A stretch of DNA of 63,686 nucleotides, the filler included, from an uncultured Clostridia bacterium (GTDB lineage: Bacteria > Aerophobota > Aerophobia > Aerophobales > B3-G15), in the NCBI GenBank assembly GCA_964482715.1. It is 3 parts of 3 records of this genome, joined end to end, with 100 filler letters (N's around TTAATTAATTAA, not from the genome) between each part and the next. Parts side by side here need not be neighbours in the genome. Positions count along the whole stretch, not along the records: positions 23,404 to 46,621 come from CAYZYX010000030.1; 2 more parts are not named here. One strand, given 5' to 3'. A program made the position numbers and the translations under genes. Every line of letters starts with the position of its first letter. The first letter of the stretch is position 1. The notes beneath the pieces are model-generated. The model was not told the DNA's origin. It saw only the letters and a program-made list of their open reading frames with translations, and made no database searches. Below, piece after piece: positions 31,338 through 41,014 of this stretch.

Positions 31338-32229
31338 GGGGAATAATTAATCTGAGACCCGGATAAAGGAGGTCGGGGCTGGTTAGCTTATCTTTATTAG
31401 CCTCAAATATCTTTTTCCAGGCAGAGGGATCATTGTAAACCTTTTTAGCAATTAACCACAGGCTCTCGCCTTTTTTGACCTGATAATAAGTAACCTTTCG
31501 AGGTGGTTTTATGGTTGTCAATTTCGGTTTTACCTCTTTCTCCCACTTACCCGCCTTTTGTAAAATTTCCTCCACTTTTTTTAATAAAAGCTCCTTTGTT
31601 CTCCTGCATTCTTCAGCTAATGCTCGTGTCTCTTTTCTTGCCTGGGTAGCCTCTATCTTGGCAGTAGCAGCCATTTCTTTAGCCAGAGAAACATCGGTTG
31701 CCAAATTATCGAGGTCTCTTTTAAATGCACTCATCTCCTGAGCAAAACTATCCACTCTCTGTTCCATCACGTCCACTCTTTTTTGGACTTCCTGATTTAT
31801 CTGGGCTACCTCTTTTAAGCGACTGGACATAAGACCGAGTCTTTTCTCTGCATCTGCCACCTTACCCCAGATTACATCCACCCGCTGGTTCGCTTTCCTG
31901 GCAACCTGCTCTGCTTGTTCAGCTGAACCTTTTGCCGCTATACTCATCAGAAGCCCTTCTCCTAATTTACCTCTCCAGAGTCCCAATCTATATAAAACAT
32001 CTTCTTTAAATTTGGCACTTTCTAACCTGGAGGCAACAGCAATTTCTCTGGCTTCATCGGCAGTTTTTTTAATTTGAATCACTTCAGCACGCAGAGTTTC
32101 CAGTTGCTGCATGAGCTGTTCCACAGTTGGGGGAGAAGATTTATTAGCCCATAAAACACCTGTATTTACTGTGAAGACCAACGTACAGATTAGAAAAATT
32201 CTCAATATTTTATTACACATATTTTTCAC
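31330..32229 (-). CDS. Exported coiled-coil protein with C-terminal LysM domain
   Basis: Signal-peptide-like N-terminus; Ala/Glu/Lys heptad region; YQVKKGESLWLIAKKVY...IFEAN...LYPGLRLIIP. Confidence 0.85.
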   Translation of the reverse strand: MKNMCNKILRIFLICTLVFTVNTGVLWANKSSPPTVEQLMQQLETLRAEVIQIKKTADEAREIAVASRLESAKFKEDVLYRLGLWRGKLGEGLLMSIAAKGSAEQAEQVARKANQRVDVIWGKVADAEKRLGLMSSRLKEVAQINQEVQKRVDVMEQRVDSFAQEMSAFKRDLDNLATDVSLAKEMAATAKIEATQARKETRALAEECRRTKELLLKKVEEILQKAGKWEKEVKPKLTTIKPPRKVTYYQVKKGESLWLIAKKVYNDPSAWKKIFEANKDKLTSPDLLYPGLRLIIPQE

Positions 32230-32273
32230 CCCCTCGACTCACTATCTCCTTGAAAACTTTTTATTCCCTATCC

Positions 32274-33683
32274 TTACATTCCTCCAGCAAAGAAGAAACC
32301 AGCAACGACCAACAATCCAATTGTCCATTTTAACGCAGTGTTGGTGGTAGAAACCCTGGTTACCTGACCCTCAAGAGCTTCCTTCTCTCTGGCTATTTTT
32401 TGATTGGCTGCTTCAAGACGCTTTACCTGCAATCTTAAAGCACGTTTTTCATTTTCGGTTCTTCGAGCCAGCTCAATAAGTTTGTCTCTTTGTTCAGCTG
32501 TGAGTTTTTTCAATTTCTCATTTTCCGCCTGAAGTTGAGTTTTTTCCTCACTGAGTGAAGCTATCTTGGAGTTCAACTTACCGGTTGTTTTAAAGAAATT
32601 CTCGGTGATACGATCGATGGTTTCTCGTTGTTTGGTATTTTCTCCCTCTAAGTGTTTTACCTTCTTTTTCAGCTCTGATACGGTCTGGAAATATTTGTCG
32701 GTTAGTTTATCTATGGTCTCGGTTTTTTCCTTGTCCAAGGCTTGCAGTCTCTCGTTTTCTTCAGTTAAAGAGCTTATCCTGGCGTTTAATTTCTCTGTAA
32801 CCTTAAAGTAGTTGTCAGTAATAAGTTTTACAGTCTTTTCTTTCTCTCCNNNNNNNNNNNNNNNNNNNNNNNNNNNNNNNNNNNNNNNNNNNNNNNNNNN
32901 NNNNNNNNNNNNNNNNNNNNNNNNNNNNNNNNNNNNNNNNNNNNNNNNNAGAGATTCAACCTCATTACTAAGCTCCCAGGTTTCCTTGAGGTACTTCTCG
33001 GTTAAAGCTGAGATATCCTGATTCAATCTGGCATTCTCAGCTTCAAGTTCAGCGTTTTTCTTCTTAAGCGCAGAAAGCTCTGAATTAAGTTTTCCTGTAA
33101 CCTTAAAGTAGTTGTCAGTAATAAGTTTTACAGTCTTTTCTTTCTCTCCCAGGGAAGCCTTGAGAGATTCAACCTCATTACTAAGCTCCCAGGTTTCCTT
33201 GAGGTACTTCTCGGTTAGGGCTTTAATTGAGTCTTGTTGTTCTGCAATAGTGATTTGCAATTCAGAATTCTTTGCTTCTATTTCCGAAATTCTCTTTTCT
33301 GCTAATTTTAACCTCTTCTTGAGCTCAGGGACTCTCTCTTTTGTCAGTGGCCTGAGAAGCTCAATCTCTCGAGTAAGCTTTTTAATTTTTTTCGAATACT
33401 CCTGTCTTAATCTCTCAATAGTTGTTTTTTGCTCCTCATTTATAGTTTTTAATCTTTCTATCTCTTCCCACAGTTCACCAACGGTCTTAAAGAAATTATC
33501 TTTTAGTCTTTGGATTACCCAGTTTTGATCAGCAATAGTTGCTTTCGCTTCTTCCAGTTGTTTTTCAAGAGGTTTTTCTTCAGCGAGAGCTGGTAAAGTT
33601 ACTGATCCAATCAGACCTAATATTATACACGGAATTATAATTTTAAATGATAACCTCCACACTTCTGTTTTCTTGCCAAACAT
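32274..33683 (-). CDS. Exported, C-terminally membrane-anchored repetitive coiled-coil protein (spans an N gap)
   Basis: Signal peptide (..LPALA/EE); repeated Tx(N/K)(Y/F)xKxxxxL units; C-terminal TM WTIGLLVVAGFFFAGG; promoter TTGACA-17-TAAAAT at 33771-33799. Confidence 0.8.
   Translation of the reverse strand: MFGKKTEVWRLSFKIIIPCIILGLIGSVTLPALAEEKPLEKQLEEAKATIADQNWVIQRLKDNFFKTVGELWEEIERLKTINEEQKTTIERLRQEYSKKIKKLTREIELLRPLTKERVPELKKRLKLAEKRISEIEAKNSELQITIAEQQDSIKALTEKYLKETWELSNEVESLKASLGEKEKTVKLITDNYFKVTGKLNSELSALKKKNAELEAENARLNQDISALTEKYLKETWELSNEVESXXXXXXXXXXXXXXXXXXXXXXXXXXXXXXXXXXGEKEKTVKLITDNYFKVTEKLNARISSLTEENERLQALDKEKTETIDKLTDKYFQTVSELKKKVKHLEGENTKQRETIDRITENFFKTTGKLNSKIASLSEEKTQLQAENEKLKKLTAEQRDKLIELARRTENEKRALRLQVKRLEAANQKIAREKEALEGQVTRVSTTNTALKWTIGLLVVAGFFFAGGM
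32796..33216. repeat. Intragenic 213-bp (71-codon) tandem duplication, broken by a 100-N gap (32850-32949)
   Basis: 32950-33003 matches 33163-33216 (offset 213); 32796-32849 matches 33096-33149. Confidence 0.85.
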
Positions 33684-33831
33684 TTTCTGATCCCTCCTTT
33701 ATTTTTTATTTCAAAGACTACCCCTTTCACCTCCTTTCATCCAGGCTCAGATGAATCATTATCCGCAACCATTTTAACATTACTCTCTTTCCATGTCAAG
33801 CCCGATTAGCTTGGGAATTTTACTTAATAAA

Positions 33832-35094
33832 TTAAAGAACTTCTCGGGGATGAGCAATTCTCCCCTTGATAGCTGAAGCTGCAGCCACAGCAGGACTTGC
33901 AAGGAAGACTTCACTTTCAGGATGGCCCATCCTACCAACAAAATTTCGATTTGTTGTCGCCAATGCTCTCTCCCCTTTACTGATTACCCCCATGTGTCCT
34001 CCCAGACAAGGTCCACAAGTAGGAGGTCCCACAACAGCTCCTGCCTTTACGAATGTCTCAATAATTCCTTTTTTTAAAGCTTCAAGGTAAATCCAGGGAG
34101 TGGCTGGAATAACGACAACTCTTACTTCGGGATGAATTTTTTTTCCTCTTAGAATACTGGCAGCAAGTTCTAAATCCTCCAGATGACCATTGGTGCAGGA
34201 ACCAATTACTACTTGATCTATTGTTATAGAATTTACCTGAGAGACAGGGACAGTTTTTGAAGGTAAAGGAGGTAAGGCAACCTGTGGTTCAATTTTCTCT
34301 ACCTGGTAAATTTTTATTTCAACATATTCAGCGTCTGGATCACTGTGATAAACCCTGTAAGGCCTTTTAGCTTTTTTTTGTACGTACTTCAGGGTTGTTT
34401 CGTCAGGGGCTATTATGCCATTTTTTGCTCCAGCTTCAACTGCCATGTTGCACATGGTGAGTCTCCCCGAGATAGAAAGGCTGGAGACAACCGGTCCACT
34501 GAATTCCATTGACATATAAGTAGCACCATCAGTTCCAAGATCACCTATGGTATAAAGAATCAAGTCTTTCGCCATTGTCCAGTGAGGGAGTTCTCCCTGA
34601 TAGATGAGCTTGATACTCGGGGGAACTTTTAGCCAGATTTCACCAGTTACCATCACTGCTGCAAGGTCTGTGCTTCCCACTCCGCAAGCAAAAGCTCCCA
34701 AAGCACCAGCTGTGCAGGAATGAGAATCAGCTCCAACGATAAGATCTCCTGGAAGGACAAAACCTTGTTCTGGTAAAAATACATGCTCTATGCCAGCGCG
34801 TCCCACTTCAAAATAGTTTTTAATTCCTTGACTACGGGCAAACTCTCTTACCATTGCACACTGCTTTGCTGCTTGTATATCCTTGTTAGGGGTAAAATGA
34901 TCAGGGATGAGGACAATTTTTTCTGAATCAAATACTTTTTTTATTCCCCACTGGTGAAGTTTTTTAATAGATAAAGGTGCAGTTACATCATTAGCAAAAG
35001 CCAGATCCACCTTAGCCAGGATATATTCACCTGGTCTAACCTTTTTTCTCCCACAATGAGCAGCAAGAATTTTTTCCGATATGGTCATAGACAT
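33832..35094 (-). CDS. leuC: 3-isopropylmalate dehydratase large subunit (type 2 / homoaconitase-like)
   Basis: DH, GIEH, GADSHS, IGSCTNG, CGPCLG, TNRNFVGRMG. Confidence 0.9.
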   Translation of the reverse strand: MSMTISEKILAAHCGRKKVRPGEYILAKVDLAFANDVTAPLSIKKLHQWGIKKVFDSEKIVLIPDHFTPNKDIQAAKQCAMVREFARSQGIKNYFEVGRAGIEHVFLPEQGFVLPGDLIVGADSHSCTAGALGAFACGVGSTDLAAVMVTGEIWLKVPPSIKLIYQGELPHWTMAKDLILYTIGDLGTDGATYMSMEFSGPVVSSLSISGRLTMCNMAVEAGAKNGIIAPDETTLKYVQKKAKRPYRVYHSDPDAEYVEIKIYQVEKIEPQVALPPLPSKTVPVSQVNSITIDQVVIGSCTNGHLEDLELAASILRGKKIHPEVRVVVIPATPWIYLEALKKGIIETFVKAGAVVGPPTCGPCLGGHMGVISKGERALATTNRNFVGRMGHPESEVFLASPAVAAASAIKGRIAHPREVL

Positions 35095-35118
35095 TTTTTT
35101 CCTCGCAAGTCGTCTTTT

Positions 35119-36330
35119 TTACAATTCACTAAGAGCCCACCTTATTCTTTTCATTCCCTCCTTAATTTCCTCTGAGGAAGCTGCGTAAGATATTCTAAGG
35201 TGTCCTTCTGCCCCAAAGGCAGAACCAGGAACTACTGCCACTTCAGCTTTTTCAAGAATATAATTGGCAAGATCAAGAGAATTTTTTATGACTCCATTAC
35301 TATATTCTCTTCCCAGAAAGTAGCTGAAATCTGGAAAGATATAGAAAGCACCAAGGGGTTTGTTAATTTTGACGTGTTTTATCTTTTTTAAGGCTTCTTT
35401 GATCAATTTTCTCCGCTTATCAAATTCCTTCGTGCGTTTTTTAATTTCTTCTTCTGGCTGATTTAAAGCAGCAACAGCTGCTTTTTGAGATATGGAACAG
35501 GCACAAGAAGTGGAATGACTTTGAATTTTAGTCATAGCCTGGATGATTTCCTCTGGACCCCCAGCGTAACCTATCCTCCAGCCGGTCATACTACAGGTTT
35601 TAGAAACACCGTTGACAGTCAGGGTTTTCCGGGCAATACTCTCTCCCAGAGAAGCGATACTCACATGAGGCATCTCGTAAACAAAGTCTTCGTAAATCTC
35701 GTCTGAAATTATCAAAATAGGGTAAGACTCAAGAACCTCTGCTATCTTCCTTAGTTCTTCTTCCGTAAAAACTCCACCAGTAGGGTTATGAGGACTGTTT
35801 AAAATAATCACCTTTGTTTTCTCTGGATGGATAGCCCTTTTTAATTCTTCGATGTCTATTTTTAATTCCTTTTCAAATTCAAGAGAAACATATACGGGCA
35901 CAGCCTGGGCTAATCTTACCTGCTCTGGATATGATACCCAGTAAGGTGTAGGTATAATTACTTCATCCCCAGGATTACAAACCGCCTGTATAGCATTGTA
36001 GATAATTTGTTTGGCACCATTAGCAACTATTATTTGAGAAGGTGAATAGTTTAATTTGTTTTTTTGCTTGAATTTTTCCACAATGCTCTGGATTAAATCT
36101 TCGCTTCCCTTTACCGGAGTATAACGGGTAAAGTTTTCCTGTATTGCTTTTATTCCTGCCCTGCCGATTGGCTCAGGAGTATTAAAGTCTGGTTCTCCAG
36201 CTGAGAGATTTATAACCTTTCTTCCTTCTTGAATCATCCTCCGGGCTTTTGCGTTTATACTTAACGTAAGAGAAGGCCTAATACTTGACACCCTCCTGGA
36301 AACGTGCATTTTATTTATGCCGCCACACAT
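35119..36330 (-). CDS. aspC: PLP-dependent aspartate aminotransferase (class I/II); start may be 36309
   Basis: AGEPDF, GAKQ, PYWVSY, NPTG, DEIY, SKTCSMTGWRIGY. Confidence 0.85.
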   Translation of the reverse strand: MCGGINKMHVSRRVSSIRPSLTLSINAKARRMIQEGRKVINLSAGEPDFNTPEPIGRAGIKAIQENFTRYTPVKGSEDLIQSIVEKFKQKNKLNYSPSQIIVANGAKQIIYNAIQAVCNPGDEVIIPTPYWVSYPEQVRLAQAVPVYVSLEFEKELKIDIEELKRAIHPEKTKVIILNSPHNPTGGVFTEEELRKIAEVLESYPILIISDEIYEDFVYEMPHVSIASLGESIARKTLTVNGVSKTCSMTGWRIGYAGGPEEIIQAMTKIQSHSTSCACSISQKAAVAALNQPEEEIKKRTKEFDKRRKLIKEALKKIKHVKINKPLGAFYIFPDFSYFLGREYSNGVIKNSLDLANYILEKAEVAVVPGSAFGAEGHLRISYAASSEEIKEGMKRIRWALSEL

Positions 36331-36358
36331 TTTTTAGAAAGTCCTCCTTTTATTTTGT

Positions 36359-37996
36359 TTATCCCAAAAAAATTTCAGACGCTTTAAGAATGGAAAAAAC
36401 GGTATTATCAAACGAAGAATCTATTATAGCTCCGTCTAATCCGTACCAGTTTGCCATTCCCATAAAAAAGCCTGTTAAAAATTTGTTGAATGATTCAGAC
36501 GCGTGGAACATATTTAATTTAATAAAAACCGGAACTTTAAACCTGGTAGATTTTATGTTTGTAATTTGATCAAATATTTTTTTCAGGGGAAAATAACGCT
36601 TTTTTAACGAATGGTTTAAAGGAAAAGTAAGCACCAGCAAATCATGGTCTTTATTCTTGAAAAACTTTTCTTCAAGGAGATTTACTTTTTCCTTTAGATC
36701 AGTTTTATCTTCTTCTATGGGAATCTTTATCCCCACCATTGCTCCCCATTTTCTGGCTATTTCTATGGATTTTTCGTCATGCTCGTTTGACAGAACAGCA
36801 GGCTTTCCCTCTATTTCTTCAAGACTTTTTTCCAGTAAATGGGTAGCAACCTCTAAAGTAACAGGCAGATCAACTGTTTCCTGGATGAGATTTATAAAAT
36901 GACCGATTGAAATTTCACCTTCTTTTCTGTTTTGCCAGCTCACATTTATAAAAGAGAATGCCTTTTCTTTGATCTCAATTAACCTTTCTCTCAATTTTTC
37001 TTCATTTAACCCCGGGGAGATCATGAGGTTAGCTCCAACCTTAAAAGATTCCTTTTCTCCCAGATGCAAGAATTTTGTCCTGGAGGATAAACCTTTAAGT
37101 ATATGAACCTTTCTATCTGCAGGAGAAGGAATATCTTTTACTTTTGCAATCATGGCTCTTATATGCAGGGGAGTGGTTCCACAACACCCTCCCACAATTT
37201 TTGCGCCTTTCTCTATGAATTTTATCATCCATTCTGAGAATTCCTTGGGTTTAACAGGAAAGATTGTTTTACCGTCCTTTATATAAGGTTTCCCGGCATT
37301 GGGTTGAAAAATCAGGAATTTTTTAGTATGAAGACTCATTTGTTCAGCTACAGATAACATCTCTCGAGGTCCTACACTACAGTTGGCTCCCACTACCTCT
37401 ACATCCATTTTTTCCAGTGTAGCTGTCATGATTTCAGGGTCAGAGCCGGTGAGCGTTTTTCCTTCTTCATTAAAAGTTAACTGGCACACTACCGGGATAT
37501 TGCTAACCTCCTTAGCCGCCATTACTGCAATTTTTGCTTCTTTGAGGTGCATCATAGTTTCTATCACTATTAAATCCACACCAGCCTCTACCAGTATTTC
37601 TATTTGTTCTTTGAACACCTCAAATGCCTGATGAGCGGTAATTTGACCCCAGGGTTGAATCAAATCCCCAAGTGGACCAACTGATGCTCCAACCAACACA
37701 GAGGAAGGTGATGCTATTTCTTTGGCTAATTTTACTGCCTGATAGTTAATATCTTTTACAAACCTGCCTAAATTATACTTTTCTAACTTAACTCGATTGG
37801 CCCCAAAGGTATTGGTTTCAATAACATGCACTCCTTCTTTGATGTATGAGTAATGGACCTGTTTTACCTTGTCAGGTAAAGTTAAATTTAGTTTTTCAGG
37901 TGGAGTATCTGATGATAGATAGGTTTGCAAAGAAGTCCCCATAGCCCCATCAAAAAAAACTACCTTTTTTTCATTTATTAAATCGGTGAATCGCAT
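36359..37996 (-). CDS. Homocysteine S-methyltransferase domain protein (MetH N-terminal half) with degenerate pterin-binding-like C-terminus
   Basis: DGAMGT, TNTFGAN, GANCS, PNAG, GGCCGT zinc ligands; no DxHxxG cobalamin motif. Confidence 0.85.
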   Translation of the reverse strand: MRFTDLINEKKVVFFDGAMGTSLQTYLSSDTPPEKLNLTLPDKVKQVHYSYIKEGVHVIETNTFGANRVKLEKYNLGRFVKDINYQAVKLAKEIASPSSVLVGASVGPLGDLIQPWGQITAHQAFEVFKEQIEILVEAGVDLIVIETMMHLKEAKIAVMAAKEVSNIPVVCQLTFNEEGKTLTGSDPEIMTATLEKMDVEVVGANCSVGPREMLSVAEQMSLHTKKFLIFQPNAGKPYIKDGKTIFPVKPKEFSEWMIKFIEKGAKIVGGCCGTTPLHIRAMIAKVKDIPSPADRKVHILKGLSSRTKFLHLGEKESFKVGANLMISPGLNEEKLRERLIEIKEKAFSFINVSWQNRKEGEISIGHFINLIQETVDLPVTLEVATHLLEKSLEEIEGKPAVLSNEHDEKSIEIARKWGAMVGIKIPIEEDKTDLKEKVNLLEEKFFKNKDHDLLVLTFPLNHSLKKRYFPLKKIFDQITNIKSTRFKVPVFIKLNMFHASESFNKFLTGFFMGMANWYGLDGAIIDSSFDNTVFSILKASEIFLG

Positions 37997-38132
37997 TTTG
38001 CGTATTTTTTACCAATTATATTACTTCAGCATTATCTTGCTGTCAAATAGATAATGCGTTTGGGATATCCAGAGTCTTATTTATCTAAAAAAGTCCCATC
38101 TTCAGGATAGTTCCCAAGTTAGAACAGTTTTT

Positions 38133-39197
38133 CTACAGTTCGCGGTAAAAAGCAAGAAGGATACCTATTCCTGATAGAAAGAGCAAAGCAGAACTTCCTC
38201 CATAACTAATTAATGGAAGAGGAACACCTGTAACCGGAAGCATACCGGAAGCCATACCCATATTTATGAATCCTTGCAGGCCAATTAGAGCAGTAAAGCC
38301 TGCAGCAAAAATACCGCCAAAGCTTTTTCCTTTCTTAAGGGCCAGATTGATGCCCTGGATCGTAATTAACCCGTAAAGGATTATTATTATACTTGTTCCA
38401 ACAAATCCCCATGCTTCACCCACACTGGAGAAAATGAAGTCAGTAAAGGGTTGGGGTAGATATTTAAGCTGGGTATGAGCAGCACCTCCAATTCCTTTAC
38501 CAAAAAGCCTGCCTGAACCTAAAGCAATCTTGGACTGCAAACTACTCCAGCCTGCTCCCAGTGGATCTCTTTGAGGATTGAGGAAAGTCAAAATCCTGAG
38601 TTTCTGGTAAGGTCGGAGAAGGAAAAAATAAGACAGAGGAAAGACAGCAATCATAGCTCCTATTATGACCAGGAACTTCTTCAGGGATATTCCAGAGACG
38701 AAAATAATTACAAGCCATAAGGAGACAAGAATAAGGCCTGTTCCAAGATCAGGTTGAGTAACAACAAGAAGAGCCAGAAAGGAAGTCATAAGAAGGGAAA
38801 GGAAAATAATTTTCCAGTTAATCTCTTTGTGAGTGGAAGTTAGTTTAGCTAAAGTCCCTATAAGAACAATCTTGGCAAATTCTGAAGGCTGAAAGCTTAT
38901 CCATCCAATTTCCAGCCATCTTTTGGCCCCGTAAGTAGGCTCTGCCTTGATCAAAACAAGCATCAATAATAAAGCTATTATTCCGTAGGCAACATAGGTT
39001 AGTTTTGGCCAGATTAAAGTAGGTAAAAGATAGATGATAAAAAGGCAAATTAGACCAGCTGCTATCCAGGTAAGTTGTCGATAAAAATAGTTGAGAGAAT
39101 CATCCCCTGAGAGAGCATAAAGGTGAAAAAGGCTCAGACCCATTAAAATAAGAGTTGGTCCTAAAAGATACCAGTTTAATTTTCTTTGATAACGCAT
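38133..39197 (-). CDS. rodA: SEDS peptidoglycan glycosyltransferase RodA
   Basis: GAKRW, FQPSEFAK, QPDLGT, TDFIF, PVTGVPLPLISYGGSS; coupled to mrdA. Confidence 0.95.
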   Translation of the reverse strand: MRYQRKLNWYLLGPTLILMGLSLFHLYALSGDDSLNYFYRQLTWIAAGLICLFIIYLLPTLIWPKLTYVAYGIIALLLMLVLIKAEPTYGAKRWLEIGWISFQPSEFAKIVLIGTLAKLTSTHKEINWKIIFLSLLMTSFLALLVVTQPDLGTGLILVSLWLVIIFVSGISLKKFLVIIGAMIAVFPLSYFFLLRPYQKLRILTFLNPQRDPLGAGWSSLQSKIALGSGRLFGKGIGGAAHTQLKYLPQPFTDFIFSSVGEAWGFVGTSIIIILYGLITIQGINLALKKGKSFGGIFAAGFTALIGLQGFINMGMASGMLPVTGVPLPLISYGGSSALLFLSGIGILLAFYREL

Positions 39198-41014
39198 TAT
39201 ATCTTCTGCAAGTCCTTTAATTTTGATTGGAAGATACGCACCAGAATTTTTCCAGCAATCTGTGGGGCAATAGAAATTTCCTCTTCCCTGTTTTCTACCA
39301 GCACAACAATAGAGATAACAGGGTTATCTGCTGGTGCATATCCCACAAACCAGTTGTGAGGATTTTGCTCTCCGGCGAGTTCTGCTGTTCCTGTTTTTCC
39401 AGCTATTTTGACCACATTGTTTTTTGCCCGCCATCCTGTCCCTCTTTCCACCACTCCAGCCAGAGCCTGATGGAGAAACTTAAGTGTTGAAGAAGATGCC
39501 GGAATTTTACCTGTTTTTTCAGGAACAAATTGAAATACCGTATTGCCTTTTATATCAACAATCCTGTCTAAGAGGTGGGGTTTAACAAATGTTCCTCCAT
39601 TGGCCACGGCGTTTATTAAATTTAACATTTGAAGAGGAGTTACCAAAATATAGCCTTGACCAATTGAGAGATTTGCCGTATCACCTGGATACCACATCTC
39701 ACCATAGGTTTTCTTTTTCCAATTTGGATCAGGAAGGAATCCCCTTTTTTCTGAAGGTAAATCAATTCCGGTCGGTCTGCCAAAACCGAGTAATTTAGCA
39801 TAATGGATGATTTCTTCCACTCCAATTTTAAGCCCCAACTGATAAAAATACACATCACAGGAATGAATTAGAGCTTCTTTAAGGTCTAATTTTCCGTGTC
39901 CTTCCTCTTTCCAACATTTAAATATTCTGTTGCCAACTTTGTAAGAGCCGTAGCATAAAAAGGATGTTCTGGGTGTAACTATCTTTTCTTCCAGAGCAGC
40001 AATTATTAGTACCATTTTAAAAGTAGAGGCTGGTGGGTATTCTCCCCGGATAGCTCTGTTCTCTAAAGGATTTCCTGGATGAGTTGAAAGTTTAATCCAT
40101 GCCTCGCTGGAAATTTTACGAACGAAAAGATTAGGGTCAAATGAAGGGAGACTTACCATGGATAGTATGGCTCCATTTTTTGGATTGGCTAAAATAACAA
40201 CACCTTTTCTATTGCCCATTTCTTCATATGCTATTTTTTGCATTTCAAGATCAAGAGTAAGATACATCGTATCTCCAGGTTGGGGTTCTTTTTGAAAAAT
40301 TGTTCTTAAAACTCTCCCATAGGCATCAATTTCTACCTGCTTTGCACCTTTCTCACCTTGAAGGTAAGAATTGTACATTTTCTCTATACCAGTTTTCCCA
40401 ACCAGATCACCGGCTTCTACTCCTAACATAGATAAAGTTCCAAGTTCCTTTCTGTTAACTTCTCCCAGGTAACCAACCACACAGCCAACCAGCTCCGCTG
40501 GAGGATAATTTCTTACGGGGTGAGTGAGAATCACCACAGAGGGAAATTGTTGTTGTCTTTCTAAAATATAGGTTATCTTGGGCAGGTCTATTTCTTCGTA
40601 AATAGTTACGGGACGGAAGGGATTCTCAGCTTTCCAAATTCTTTTTTTAGCAGAATTCAAATCAAGATCAGGTAAGACTTGTTTCAAGTTTTTTAGAGTT
40701 TGATCTATATCAGTTATATTTTGAGGAATTACTCCTAAGGAGAAAAAAGCCTTATTATCAGCAATTATTCTTCCCTTTTTGTCCCTGATGATTCCCCTCG
40801 TATTTAGCAGAGGTAAAAGACGCAGACGTGAATTTTGAGAAAGCTGAAGAAATCTTTCTCCCTGAATAATTTGAAGCCAGGCAACTCGAATTAAAATCAG
40901 AAAGAAAGCACATAAAAGTAAACTCAGAATAAACTTTATCCGGCGCTGGTAATTTAAATCTTCCCGGTGATTAATTCGATAATTTATTGACATCTTATGA
41001 AGTTTTTTGGACAA
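39197..41014 (-). CDS. mrdA: Penicillin-binding protein 2
   Basis: N-terminal TM; STFK, SCD and KTG motifs; YPPAS, IGQG. Confidence 0.93.
   Translation of the reverse strand: MSKKLHKMSINYRINHREDLNYQRRIKFILSLLLCAFFLILIRVAWLQIIQGERFLQLSQNSRLRLLPLLNTRGIIRDKKGRIIADNKAFFSLGVIPQNITDIDQTLKNLKQVLPDLDLNSAKKRIWKAENPFRPVTIYEEIDLPKITYILERQQQFPSVVILTHPVRNYPPAELVGCVVGYLGEVNRKELGTLSMLGVEAGDLVGKTGIEKMYNSYLQGEKGAKQVEIDAYGRVLRTIFQKEPQPGDTMYLTLDLEMQKIAYEEMGNRKGVVILANPKNGAILSMVSLPSFDPNLFVRKISSEAWIKLSTHPGNPLENRAIRGEYPPASTFKMVLIIAALEEKIVTPRTSFLCYGSYKVGNRIFKCWKEEGHGKLDLKEALIHSCDVYFYQLGLKIGVEEIIHYAKLLGFGRPTGIDLPSEKRGFLPDPNWKKKTYGEMWYPGDTANLSIGQGYILVTPLQMLNLINAVANGGTFVKPHLLDRIVDIKGNTVFQFVPEKTGKIPASSSTLKFLHQALAGVVERGTGWRAKNNVVKIAGKTGTAELAGEQNPHNWFVGYAPADNPVISIVVLVENREEEISIAPQIAGKILVRIFQSKLKDLQKI

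Noticed and set aside
32796-33216. Direct repeats considered as a CRISPR array
   Set aside because: In-frame coding duplications with no unique spacers and no cas genes.
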